64,000 nt of DNA. Origin: the human T2T-CHM13v2.0 reference genome, Homo sapiens. Where the stretch lies: the NCBI RefSeq assembly GCF_009914755.1, contig NC_060932.1. One strand, 5' to 3'. A program made the position numbers and the translations under genes. The notes beneath the pieces were generated by a model. It saw only the letters and a list, made by a program, of their open reading frames with translations, ran no database searches and was not told the origin of the DNA. This document shows positions 49,699 to 62,949 of the stretch, piece after piece. Numbering within the stretch: position 1 is the first letter of the stretch; the number at the start of each line of letters is the position of its first letter.

Positions 49699-50374
49699 TT
49701 TTTAAATTTCAACTTTTATCTTAGATACAGTAGGTACCTGTGCTGGTTAGTTACACGAGTATATTATACCCAGGTAATGAGTCTAATACCCAATAGATGG
49801 CTTTTCAAGCCCACTCTCTCTAGTAGTCCACAGTGTCCATTATTCCCATGTTTATGTGCATGTGTGCTCAATGTTTAGCTCCTATTTAAAAGTCAGAGCA
49901 TAGAGTATTTGGTTTTCTATTATTATGTTAGTTTTCTTAGGATTATGGACTCCATCTGCATCCATGTTGCTGCAAAGGCTGTGGTTTCATTCTTTTTATG
50001 GCTGTGTAGTATTCCATGGTGTATATTTACCACATTATTTTAATACAATCTACCACTGATTGGCACTAGGTTGAATCTATGCCTGCTATTGTGAAGGGTG
50101 TGGCAATGAACATACAAGTGATATGTCTTTTTGGTATAATAATCTAGTTTCCTTTGGGTATATACCCAGTAATGGGATGGCTGCATCACATGGTAGCTCC
50201 ATTTTAAGTTCTTTGAGAAATCTCCAAACTGCATTCAATAGTGGCTGAACTAAATTACATGCTCACCAACAGTCTATTAACATTCCCATTTCTCCACAGC
50301 CTCACCAGCCTCTGTTGTTTTTTAACTTTTTAATAATAGCCATTCCGACTGGTGTGAGATGATACCTACCTCAT
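49699..50374 (-). mobile_element. L1PA (older, ~PA13-16-like) 3' fragment
   Basis: Antisense 3'UTR and ORF2 end; TSD TGCAATGCC(TC/AG)CTTCTT at 49682-49698 and 50375-50391. Confidence 0.88.
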
Positions 50375-50431
50375 TGCAATGCCAGCTTCTTAATGAGGCC
50401 TACCCTGGCCACTGTTTAAAATGACATCCGA

Positions 50432-50747
50432 TTTTTTTTTTTTTTTTTTTGGTTTTTTGTCCTTGCGATAGTTTGCTGAGACTAAAAACCAAACACCGCA
50501 TGTTCTCACTCATAGGTGGGAATTGAACAATGAGAACACATGGACACAGAAAGGGGAACATCACACACCGGGGCCTGTTGTGGGGTGGGGGGAGGGGGGA
50601 GGGATAGCATTAGGAGATATACCTAATGTAAATGATGAGTTAATGGGTGCAGCACACCAACATGGCACATGTATACATATGTAACAAACCTGCACGTTGT
50701 GCACATGTACCCTAAAACTTAAAGTATAATAAAATAAATAAATAAAT
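50432..50747 (+). mobile_element. L1PA3-5-like short insertion with 5' poly(T) and short inversion
   Basis: TSD AAAATGACATC(C/T)GA at 50418-50431 and 50748-50761 after a TTT/AAAA site; T19, then a 31-bp inverted L1 piece, then sense 3'UTR and (AAAT)n tail. Confidence 0.93.
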
Positions 50748-51230
50748 AAAATGACATCTGAGCCCTTCACATTTTCTATTCTCTCGCCGTGCTCTACATT
50801 TCCTTACTTTTCTGTAGCACTATCACCTTGTACTTTGTAAAATTTACTTATTATGCTTATTGTTTAATTTCTCTCTCACTGGAACGTAAGCTCCAAAAAA
50901 AAAATAATAAATTTGGTATGTTTTGTTCACTGATGTATCCTAGGAACTTAAAACTGTGTGTGGCATACATTTGGTACTTAATAAACATTTGTTGAATGCA
51001 AGATTTGTGCATGCATTGTATTGTTGAATGCAAGAATGAAATCACAAGGGCATGAATGAAAAATAGATAGGAATTTATGTGTAATGAGAACAGCAGTGAG
51101 GCAGAAGCCTATGAAGAAAAGTGTCAAGTGAGAAATGCCTGCGAGTAGGAAAGCCAAAGGACTTTTAAAAATAAGGGTATGTAAAATAAAATGTGGTTTG
51201 GTTTGCATCACTACACTGTAGTTCTTTCTC

Positions 51231-52078
51231 TGGTGGTGTTTTTTAAAAACATCCACAAATTATTTAACACTTCTCTTATTGAGAGGTGGGAGCCTATGTT
51301 CCCTCTCCTTGAATAAATACTCCCCATCAATACAAATAGCAGAAGTGAGGCTGTGAGACTTTTGAGGCTGAGTGAAAAAAGATCGTTCAGTGGCCAGGCG
51401 CAGTGGCTCATGCCCGTAATCCAGCACTTTGGGAGGCCGAGGCAGGTGGATCACCTGTGGTCAGGAGTTCGAGACCAGCCTGGCCAACATGGCGAAACCC
51501 CTGTCTCTACCAAATACAAAGTATTAGCCGGGTGCAGTGGCACATGCCTATAATCCCAGCTACTTGGGAGGCTGAGGCTGGAGAATCACTTGAACTCAGG
51601 AGGCAGAGGTTGCAGCAAGCCGAGGTTGCGCCATTGCACTCCAGTGCGGACAACAAGAGCAAAACTCTGTCTCACCAAAAAAAAAAAAACAAAAAACATT
51701 GTGCAGCTTCTCACTGGTCGTCCCGAATGCTTGCTTGGGAGACACTGGCTCTTGGAATCCAGGCACCACGCTGTGAGAAGCACAAGTCACCCTGAGAGCC
51801 CATGGGTAGGCGTCCAGTTGGCAGTCCAAGCTGGGCGCAAGCCTCTGAGTCACACATGTGAGTGGAGACTCATCCAGATGATTCAGCCTTCTGCTGACTG
51901 AGTCATCTCCTGTGAAGGCCCCAGATAGCTAGTAGGAGAGCTGCCATGGCCTCAGTGCACTGTTTGAATTCTTGACCAAAAAACAAAATGAAAAAAAAGT
52001 GTGCTTAATAAAGTGATTGTCTTTTTATATCACTAATTTCCATGTGGAGTTTTTAAATGTGGTGATAATAACTGGAAT
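51231..52078 (+). mobile_element. MLT1F/G-like MaLR LTR, interrupted by Alu
   Basis: CATCCACAAATTATTTAACACTTCTCTTATTGAGAGGTGGGAGCCTATGTTCCCTCTCCTTGAA..GGCTCTTGGAATCCAGGCACCACGCTGTGAGAAGC..GATAATAACTGGAATA. Confidence 0.65.
51392..51690 (+). mobile_element. Alu (AluSq/Sx-like)
   Basis: Full-length sense Alu; degenerate TSD AAAAAAGATCGTTCAG / AAAAAACATTGTGCAG. Confidence 0.96.
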
Positions 52079-52569
52079 AATAATCTCCATCCTCCAAAGT
52101 CACACATATGACCTGCGAGATGAAGTTATATGTTTGTGGAACTCTAGATCAGCATAGGGCAGACAGTAAAGGGCAAACACAGAAAGTGAAACTCTGATTT
52201 AGAGACCAGCCATCTGGCAGGAACAAAAACTCAGAGGTAGAAGCGGCTGAGCAAAAGGTCTCCAGAAAATCTAGGGAAAGCAGACAACTGACCACAGATT
52301 GTCAGATGGAGACTTGAGATAACTTATACCAGATGACTTAAACCTGAGTCTCGGGGGGGAAGTAGAGGACTTTGCATGTTAATTTGCCTGTTGATTACCA
52401 ACTAGGATCTAAAATGTAGGATGTCAGCTGCAGGCATCAGTATCCTAGAATTGTATCTATCAGCTGACCTTGTGTCTTGAATTTGAAATCCGGATTTTTT
52501 TTCCCAACTCTTCTCTCTCCTTCAGCCCCACATCTAATACTGGAAGCCGGGAGATTAGACGTAATTAAG

Positions 52570-52800
52570 TGAGTGACTTTGGACCCAGCTCTCTGGTTTT
52601 GATTCACAACAACTCCACTTTCTAGCTGTGAATTCTTGGGAAATTTGTGTAACTTCTCCAACATTCTGCTTCCACATCTGTAAGTGGAGATTATAAAAGT
52701 GCTAACTTATGGGATATTCCAAGGATTATATAAACTAACATGAGGAAAGCACTTTAAGAAGTGTCTGGGACACAGTAATTCCTCAATAAATTCTAGCTAT
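52570..52800 (+). mobile_element. MIR SINE
   Basis: CTCCACTTTCTAGCTGTGAATTCTTGGGAAATTTGTGTAACTTCTC..CTTCCACATCTGTAAGTGGAGATTATAA..CTCAATAAATTCTAGCTATT. Confidence 0.7.
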
Positions 52801-55144
52801 TCACCTTATCCGTGATCAAACTTCGTTAGCCACCCTTGTCAACAGTCTTTTAAATGTGCCTCCACTGTTCCGTCTACACCTTCTTATTTCCTTCTTTCTT
52901 CTCCTTCTCCATCCTACTCTCCAGAAATGCTCCTGTATTATCCGTCTATAAAACAGGTCACCAGCCAAGGTAAAAATAACCAATGACTCCTCATCACTTT
53001 AGAATACCACAAAGACCTTCCCAGTGTTACCACCCCAACCTCACCACTATGATGCCTGTAGCCTTTTTTCTTGTAACTGCCTTTTTTTCCCACAAATGTG
53101 TTACCTTCAGCAGCAATGACCTTTGCCTGCACTTTCCTCATTCTCTAATGTGGTCATTTATGAAGGAATGTTCTTGGCAAGGCACACTGAAATCTTTATG
53201 AGAACCCACTGACAGAGACCTTAATTCTAAGAAATTTTTTCTGCTTCATTCTGAAGTAAAAGGTGGGTAAAGGAATGTAAGTGAGCTCACATCAGGGAAA
53301 CTCCTTTTAATAAATGATTTTCAGTTTCTTCTCTAAGAGCACTTTAGGTTAAACAGTTCCCTAACTACTGCAGGGCTGCGCTGGCCACTCTTTCCCTTCT
53401 ACTTCCCAGCATACGGCCAGGAAAAACAAACGCCCATCTGAAGCTCAGCAATTGCACCCATTCCTCTAATTCTCTGGAGGGGAAGAGATAGGAAAGAGGG
53501 AAAAACAATTCAACAAAAGTAATCATGATAATGAGAAAACTTTTAATATTATAATTATTGGTGCACGTTTGTCTTTCTACCTGAACCTCCCTGCCACCCA
53601 CCCAAATAGTGCAGGCACACACATGCACACCCATCGTGTGATATTATCACCCCCTGACACACTAAGTATTTGTGCTGCTGTTGTTTACTGTCTGTCCCCT
53701 CCTCCTCATGTCACAAAATGCAAAACCCCCTATAGGAGACTTAGGTTTTTGTTCACTGTTACATATCAGTACATAGTAGTAGCAGCACATAGTAGGTTCT
53801 CAACAAATATTTGATGAATGAATAAACGATGAGTGAGTGAATATTGGAAAGAACTCACTAAAATTATAATCAGTAAAAGTTTTGTTACTTCTTAACTTCA
53901 CAGCCTTAAGTGGGGTGTTAAACCCAGATGGGTCTCAGTATTCTCATCTGTAAAAAGGCACAACAAGGATTTTAGAAGGAAAAGTCACAGAAGAAAGAAA
54001 CCACTCTACCCATGTCTCAAGGATCAGTTACACACCATCACCCCTATGAAAGATTTGCCCGTCTCTCCAGATAGCATCTGGCATTCACTCTTCTAGATTC
54101 CCTCTACACTTTCTACATATGTTTACTGCAGTTGATTACTAAGGTCCAATAATGTGCTCTAGAGAAGAACAGAGTTTAAAGACATTGAGTAGAGACTCCG
54201 TCTGGAAAACTAACAAGGGCTAGAGGTAAAAACTGGAATTAAACCAGGGGCATTATAAGGACTCTGACAAAAATAAGAAACTTCACAAGAATAAAGGAAA
54301 ATACAAAAGGCAATAAGAAGGAAACAATGATAAATGTGCCCTGACTTCTACAAAATCAGGAAATTATCAGCATGGAGTTAGCAGGTATTTTTAGAGCAAG
54401 GAGGTTATGTGCTCAGGGCAACCGACAGTTCCATAGACATTAGATCTCCCTGGAAAGGGCCATACCGACATCGTTCATTGTGTCGAGATAAGGAGGAGAT
54501 GCCCATTTGTCAGTGAGTCACCTTCGTCCCAGCAGAAATGCTTACACTTACAAAGTGAACAAACTAGATGCGATATTGGAGGTAGATCTCAGGACTTAAC
54601 ACAGTGCTGAATAAGAGGGGCCAGATACATGGTCATTGATGTCATAGATGAAGAGGAACAGTGCCACCCAGTGTTCTGAAGATTGCTCCTGTCCACATTT
54701 AATGTTTTTCATGACTGAAAGAATTTTAGAATTTATTTCTGTTAAAACATGCTTTGAGCTAAAGTACAGCCGGTTGATTCATTCCCAAGTACAAATGTTG
54801 CAGTCACTCATTTCGTGCTTTGAGAGAGGGAGGATAAATTACGGAAGAAAAAAAAGAGGTTGTTGTGAGGTCCCAATAATGCATGAGGATACAGCCCTGC
54901 TGAAACTGCAAGAGAAGGCAATCAACACAGAGAACCGGTCTCAAAGATGTCTGCTTTGTAGAGGGCTGTCAATTGATGGGCAAGGACAAACAGAAGGTAT
55001 GCACTAAAGTGATTATGCCAAAGCAAAGACAGCACAGGGGGAAGCTATGCCACAAATCCACAGTAGAAATGAATGTCACCATCTGTGGGAACAGAGAAGG
55101 GTGAAACTAATTTTCCATGTACAAGAGGAAGATTAAGATGCTGG

Positions 55145-55355
55145 ACCACTGGGGTCCTAACCCCAGCTACCATTTCCTCACTGCAGGTCTTAAGAAAAGC
55201 TACCTTAAATCTCTCTGAATCTCGGCTTCCCCTGTGAAAATGGGGTTGGTAATAACGACCACACCACATTGCAAGAAAGATTATATAACTTAATGTATTT
55301 GAAAGAGCCTAACACAACACCTAGGACCTACAAATATTCACCAAATGTGGCTTAC
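55145..55355 (+). mobile_element. MIR SINE
   Basis: CTTAAATCTCTCTGAATCTCGGCTTCCCCTGTGAAAATGGGGTTGGTAATAACGACC. Confidence 0.65.
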
Positions 55356-57257
55356 CGTTAAAGAAAAGACTTCAGGAAAGGTTTCATTGGAAAAGTAACT
55401 TCTGAACTAGATCCCAAAGAACTAGCACTTCCGTTTTCTTCACTGAAGAATTCTTACCCTCTTTAATTGAGGGAATAGTTCAAACCCCCGGGACTAAGAT
55501 TTTTTGACAGATGTATATAGAGCAGTAAGGACTGAGGCAGCCTAGCCCTCCAGCCAGCCAGATCAAGTGACTCATTCCAAGGGGTCAGTGGGTGATGGCT
55601 GTCACAGACAGATCACCCAGACATCCCAAAGAATGTGCAAGTTATCAACGTAGAGAAAGACTGAAAATGGAACAAACTCCCTATTCCCGAACACCCTTTT
55701 CTGCAAAGCTGAGGCTCTTTCCCTGAAGGCTCATAAGCTGTGACTGAAAATTGCAGGTCAGGGAGGTATTTGTTAAAGATGGCAAGAAACGTTATTCTTG
55801 TAAACTTATGAGGGTGATCTGCTCCTTTTCAGCTTCTAATGAGTTCAGAAGGCTTTGTCCTTGGAGAAGATTAGGCTCATTCTATTCTGAAAATACCAAT
55901 TCCCAGAAATGCCTATGTTTTCCTGGTTGGTGAGCAACACATATTTAAATATTTCTCAGCCCTAACACTGAAATTTACAGATTCCTCCAAGTCCTGATCA
56001 ACAATCACAGCAACACTTCAGGTGAGAGGAAACAGATATCTATTGTAAAAATGAAAAGGCTTCTTTCCCCACACATAGCTAAGTGGAAGCAAACGCTTCT
56101 GTGCATCCTGATGCTTTGCTTACAGCACCACCTAATGTTCTGGATCAAATCCTTTCCTATGCAGGAGAGATCTTTTAGGACTCAGAAAATTCATGCTCTT
56201 TTACCTTGCATTTGGCAATCACAATAAAGTGGAGATCAGCATTGCACAAGGCAACAGAAGTGAAAGTGACACACTCCAACCTAAGAGGCATTTTTTCTTC
56301 TATTTAGAAGGGCAGGAAGAGACATCAGAGCAGGGGAATAAAGTTGTGACTATGTGAAAATTAGATGTAATTCAATATGAAAATAATAATTGAATGCCTA
56401 CTGTAGGCCTAGCATTGCGAGGTCTTGATGGTATTGTAGTGCTAAAGAGGGCACAATTTTTGCCTTCAAAGAGCTAATTTCAAAATAGGCAATTAAAATA
56501 CAGAGTGATTAAGTATGTGACCAAGTTATAAAGAGGGTCGTAAGGATACTAAGGGGAAGACACGCCTATGAAAGTCTAGAATCGAGCCAGAGGAGCCCAT
56601 GTTGAATCTTTAAACAGCTAGCCAGATAAAGGCAAAAAGAGGAAAGAGATGAATTGCTCAGGCTGTGGGGCTTAGAAGATATAAACAAGGGTGTCAACCA
56701 AATCTGGGGGTCACCCAAGAGCTGCTTACTTCACTGATGGGATGGCTCCCCAGTTGCATCGCTTGTATGACATCTCCCCAAGCCCTGCTCACGGCTGAAT
56801 GGGCACACTTACCCAACCGGAGCTGGTAAATTTAGAACTGAGACAAGGCAGTCTCTCAGTGGGAAGAAAGTGACATGAAACCTAAGGAGCTGTATGCAGT
56901 AGACATGCAGATCTGATAAAGCAGCAGAGAGAAATAAATGCTGCAGGAGAAAAATATAGTTTACCTACTTTTCACCACTCTTCATTACCAGCATCTCTCT
57001 CCTGGATTATTGTAAGGGCATCCTAATAGGAGTCCCCGGCTTCTGCCCTTCACCCTCTCAGTCGGTTTTATAAGTACACATAGCAGTCGGGGTGATTCAG
57101 TTCCCACTTTAATCAGATCAGGCCACTCACTTCTCTCCTCATCTGTTAGCTTTTGATCTCAGAGTAGAAGCCAAAGCACTTATATTAGTCCACAAAAACC
57201 AATATGCTCCCCCTCGTGATCACCATTATTTCCCTGATCTAATCCCCTGTTAACTCA

Positions 57258-57881
<624 letters not shown>

Positions 57882-59259
57882 TTATCGTTATCCAACATAC
57901 TGTATATTTTCATTATTTATTTCACTTATTGTCTGTCTTAGACCCTATTGTGACCCCCACTCTCATTAGAATATAGGAAAGATACTTTAATTAATTACCT
58001 AACTAACTAATTAATGAATGGAGTGGGTCCCTAGTGCCTTCCTACCTCCTGATCTTGATCTCTTTCCAACCCTACACATGCCCATCACTGAATTCAGGGA
58101 AATACTCCTGCATCCTTTTATGAAATTCTTCTCTTGTGGCTTAAGGCTTTAAAACATCTTTAGTGCATGTTTCTTACAGATTTTGAAGCTGAATGCTAAC
58201 TGATACAATGGGAAGACAGCCCCTAAACTTGCTCTGTCTGTTGTTACATTCCCAGGTATCCTTAAGGCTTGCTTTGTTTCTTCCCTTAGGTCTCTGCATA
58301 AGTATCTCTGCATCATTGATCCCTTCTCGGACCACCTTATCTAAAATAGCACACTGCTCTCCCCATCACACTCTATGCCTATCCATACTTTATTTTCTTC
58401 ATAGTACATACGTCTAGCCTAATATATATTGATTTATTCATGGTCTAGCCTTCTCACTGGAATGCAAACCCAGAACAGGAACTTCACACTTTTATCACTG
58501 TATCTTCGGTGTTTAGAATAGTCTAATATATAGTGGATACTCAGTAAATGTGTATTCATCTATTCCACAAACATGTGTTAAATGCCAATCACTATTCCAG
58601 TTGCTGGGGAAATTTGTGCCCTTTTGGAATCTACATTCTAATAGGAGATTTTTGTTAAGTATGAATTCAATGAACTCAAAGATGAGAAACAGTTGGAGCC
58701 TGTGCTGAAGGTGCTGCTGGACCTGAAGATTCATATGGGAGCTAAAATTAGAAATCACTTCAGGGGGCCTGGTGAGTTGCAGGCTTTGGTTGGTTGCTTC
58801 CAAATCATCTCCCTCCAACCCCTGACACAGGATCCAGATTTACGTTTCAAGAATTACCCTTCTTCCATTTTCAGCAAGAGTTTGGACATGAGTGACCTGA
58901 CCTTCAGCTCTAGGGGGCCGGCCTTAGCTGTCCTAAGCAATCAGCATGTGACCCTTTGGACACTGACACTGGTTTTCAGAAAAGCCTATGACTCAGTTAA
59001 ACCAGGAAGACAGGAGGAGACATTTGTTGGAGTTTAAGGGAAGGAAGTGTCTGTTTCCCACGGAAGGTGAAAGAAAAGACTTCTCTCCTGCTGTGGACAA
59101 CTGTGTCTTCTACAAATGTTGCAGCTAATATTGTTACCATAAATTAAAGGGTTAACAGTATAAGGTGACATGTGGAGGTCAAAACAACATATAGAGAATG
59201 ACAGAGTCCAGAGACTTGCCCTGATGAAAATCATGAACCGTGGAAGCACAATGTCTGAC

Positions 59260-59629
59260 GGTATTACTCCATTTTCATACTGTTATAAAGATACTACTTG
59301 AGTCTGGGTAATTTATAAAGAAAGGAAATTTAATTGACTCACAGTTCCACACGGCTGGGAGGCCTCCAGAAACTTACAATCATTGCAGAAGGCAAAGAAG
59401 AAGCAAGTACCTTCTTCACAAAGCAGCAGGAGAGAAAGGGGGCAAGCAGGGAAGTGCCAACCACTTTTAAAGCATCAGATCTCATGAGAACTCACTCACT
59501 ATGATGAGAACAGCAAGGGGGAAATCTGTCCTGAAGATCCAATTACCTGCCACCAAGTCTCTCCCTTGACACATGGGGATTACAATTGGAGATAAAATTT
59601 GGGTGGGGACACAGAACCAAACCATGTCA
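59260..59629 (-). mobile_element. THE1 (THE1C/D-like) MaLR solo LTR
   Basis: CTGGGTAATTTATAAAGAAAGG..TTTAATTGACTCACAGTTCCAC..CATCAGATCTCATGAGAACTCACTCACTAT..TTTGGGTGGGGACACAG..CCAAACCATGTCA; perfect TSD CTGAC at 59255-59259 and 59630-59634. Confidence 0.92.
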
Positions 59630-59824
59630 CTGACATTTTCATCTGATGAGGCAATCAACTACCTTTATGGATTACATTCATTTTATAACTTCCAAGCTGT
59701 AAAAGCAATATATGTTTGTTGAAACATGACAGACAATAAAAAGACTTACAACACAAAGCTAGCCTTTTTTCCATATGGCTTCCCTTCCCACCCTCTGAAA
59801 TATTTCATACTAACAGATGAATGT

Positions 59825-60189
59825 TGTTACTGGCTGAATTTCATTCCCCCAACCACCTAACAAAAATTCGTATGTTGAAGTGCTAACCCCTCATACCTTA
59901 GGATATGATTGTATTTGGAGGTAGGGACTTTAAAGAGGGAATTAGGTTAAAATAAGATCATTGGGGGTAGTGTTTAATCCCATGTGACTGGTATCGTTGC
60001 AAGAAGAGATTAGGGCACAAACACAGAGGGAAGACCACGTGAAGACACAGGGAGAAGACGGCCATTACAAATCAAGGAGAGAGGCCTGAGAAGAAACCAA
60101 CCCTGCCAACACTAGGATTGAACTAGGATTAGATTTGGAGGCTAGAGCCTCAAACCTGTAAGAACATAAACTTCTGTTGTTCAAACCAC
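59825..60189 (+). mobile_element. MLT1B-like MaLR LTR lacking its own 3' terminus
   Basis: AAAATTCGTATGTTGAAGTGCTAACCCC..GTATTTGGAGGTAGGG..GAAGACCACGTGAAGACACAGGGAGAAGACGGCCAT..AGAAGAAACCAACCCTGCCAACAC. Confidence 0.8.
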
Positions 60190-60559
60190 TGCTATAGACT
60201 GAAGGTTTTCATCCTCCAAAATACGTATGTTGAAACCTAATCTCCAATATGATAGTATTTGGAGGTGGGCCTTTGGGTGATAATTAGGTTTATTTGAGGT
60301 CATGAAGGTAGGGCCCTCATGATGGGATTAGGGCCCTTCATATGGGATAATAGCCCAGAGTTCTCTCTTTCTCCACCATGTGAGGACGCATCCTGAAGAC
60401 AGCTGTCTGCAAACCAGGAAGTGGAGCCTCACCAAGAACTTGAGCATGCTAGCACCCTGATCTGGGACTTCTAGCCTCCAGAATTATGAGAAATAAATTT
60501 CAGGTGTTAAGCCATCCAGTCCATGGTACTTTGTAATGGCAGCCCTAGAAAACTAAGCA
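60190..60559 (+). mobile_element. MLT1A-like MaLR LTR in tandem with MLT1B
   Basis: TGCTATAGACTGAA start; GTATTTGGAGGTGGGCCTTTGGG; CATGTGAGGAC; CTGCAAACCAGGAAG; the end GGCAGCCCTAGAAAACTAAGCA looks MLT1B-like. Confidence 0.8.
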
Positions 60560-60997
60560 GATTTGTATTTTTCTACCCCTTCCTCCTTGCTTTCCCCTAT
60601 ATCTACAATATAGCTACATATAATTAGAGCTCTATGCTTGTTTTTGTCAAAATAGAGTCACACTATACTCATTATTCTGCAATTTTCTCAAAAAGCATGG
60701 AAATTGGTAAAAACCAATTTAAGCCAATCTAATTATATCTGTTTTCTAATTTTATAATGCATATATATAAACATAATTTTACATAAATATAATCATATGT
60801 ATGCTGAGATTTTGAAGGTATTTAGGTTTTTATGAGATTTGTGGGTTTTCTCTTTTGTTTGGGGGGTTTCTTTTGGTGCTTTTTTCTTTTCAGTTTATTT
60901 TTCTCTGGGCTTGTCCCATCTTCTCTTTCCTCACACCCAAGATAAATCAAATTAAAAACTTCAAGTGTGTCCTTTTAGCCATAGTTTTCTCTGTACC

Positions 60998-61190
60998 TTA
61001 TTATTATTATTATTTTAGAGACAGGCTTTTATTCTATCACTCAGGACAAAGTACAGTGGCATGATTATAGCTTAGTATAACCTCAAACTCCTGAGCTCAA
61101 ATGATCTTCCCACCTCAACCTCCAGAGTAACTGAGACTACAGGCCCGTGCCACCACACCTGGCTAATTTTTTATTTTCACTTTGGGTAGA
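60998..61190 (-). mobile_element. FRAM / AluJ right-arm monomer
   Basis: (TTA)n tail, GTACAGTGGCATGATTATAGCT..AACCTCAAACTCCTGAGCTCAAATGATCTTCCCACCTC..CCACCACACCTGGCTAATTTT. Confidence 0.8.
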
Positions 61191-61569
61191 CGTGAACCTG
61201 ATCGTCTTACTTTGCTTAAGGTGATCTATCTTCAGCAGGGCAAAGACAAAATAGATTAGAGAGACTCCAGATCCAGAGAAATGCTGTGAAGAAAGCAGTG
61301 GACTTTCACACAGGGTGGCATCCAGATCCCTGACGTTTAGGAAACAGCTCTGTGGTTGCTGAGTGCACACCGTTTCATGCCACACACCAGCCTGTCATCA
61401 GCATGTGTGTGCCCTACCATGCTGTTCTATTTTCCAGAGGCTCTGGTTTAACCTCTTCCTCTGGCTTAGGCACATGCTCAAGACTCAAACATGCTAGAAA
61501 TATCATGGATCTAAGAAATGGATCATTTTACAAATCTGTGGGAAGAAGACAATCTCTTCAAAAAGAGAT

Positions 61570-62130
61570 TATAAGTAAAGAATACACACAGGCTATGCCG
61601 GTGACCTGTAAACGGATGAAAAAATTAATGTTCAGCTTTAAAAGTAAGCAGTAAATGCAAATCAAAACCATAACTAAATATTTTTTGGCCAATCAAAAAG
61701 CGAAATAAAAAATATAGTGTTGGTAAGTATGTAGGGAAACTGGATTGTCATACACAGTTGATCAAAGTATAAATTACTACAAGCTTCCTGAAAGGCAATT
61801 TGGCAATTAATAAGCAAATAAAAATGTGACTACTTTTGACCCATAATTCTATCTCTATGAATATAAATTATGACATTTAAGTATTTTATTATCATAGAAA
61901 ACTATTCACAATACATGAGGTTTTTAAAAAGTATGCATAGAGAAAAACGTATTCTCTCTGAGAAAAATGTCAGTATACTCATGTGCACACATACATAAAG
62001 AAAATTCTGGAAGAATGTACATAAATTTTAACAATGGTTACTTTGGGGCTATAGACTAATAGATAATTTAATTTTTCTTTTTGTTTATCTATATTTTTCT
62101 ATGAGCATGTATTCATTACTTTTCGTTTAA
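61570..62130 (+). mobile_element. L1ME-like remnant
   Basis: AAATGCAAATCAAAACCA..AGTGTTGGTAAGTATGTAGGGAAACTGG..GAAAGGCAATTTGGCAAT..TTTGACCCATAATTCTA. Confidence 0.6.
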
Positions 62131-62445
62131 GTTTTTAAAAGGTTAAAATTGCAAAACAGAAATGGAGAAATGGGGGGGTAGCATTCTATTAAACAACATA
62201 CCTACGTTCAAGGAGGAAAGAAATAGACTAGCTTTCCCATATGCCTTACTCTTTTTCCAAATTTTCTACAAGAAATGTACATAGCAATTGTTTTTAACTA
62301 GGAAGGAAGGCTGGGAGGCAAAGCAGAGGAAATGTGGCACAGCCCTTACCACATTCTCAATAATGGTCTCTCCCCAGGTTTTCCTCCCCTCCTGGCTCAC
62401 CACCTTCCTCCCTCCAAGCCCACAGCCCTCATAACTGGGACTATA

Positions 62446-62796
62446 TGCAATGAACTGGATGGTTGTGTACCTCTAAAGTTCATATGTTGAAATCCTACCC
62501 TCTAGTGTGATGGTATTAGGAGGAGACCCCTTTTGGAGGTAATTAAATCATGAGAGTGGGGTCCTCATGAATGGTATAAAAGGGACCCTGGAGGGCTGTT
62601 TTGCTCTCTTTATACCTTATGAGGATACTACAAAAAGTCAGTACTCTGCAACCTGGAAGATGGCCCTCAGAGAACCCCACAATGCTGGCACCCTCATCAG
62701 GGATGTCTAGACTCCAGAAGTGTCTGAAATAAATTCCTGTTGTTTGTAGCCACCCTGTCTATGGTACTTTGTTATAGCAACCTGAATTGACTGACA
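62446..62796 (+). mobile_element. MLT1A-type MaLR solo LTR
   Basis: TTCATATGTTGAAATCCTA..GTGTGATGGTATTAGGAGG..CTCATGAATGG..TGCTGGCACCCT..AATAAATTCCTGTTGTTTGTAGCCACCCTGTCTATGGTACTTTGTTATAGCA. Confidence 0.82.
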
Positions 62797-62949
62797 CCAT
62801 GCTAGGGCTTTTGCCTCTGTTAACTCTGATTCCTGCCTTTGCATTCTGCCTTATATGTGAACTCTACTCTGACCTCCAAATTCTCCCTACAGCTCACCCC
62901 TTCTCCAGTCATGAGCATTTGGCTCTGATTCAAAATACCTGGTTGACTG

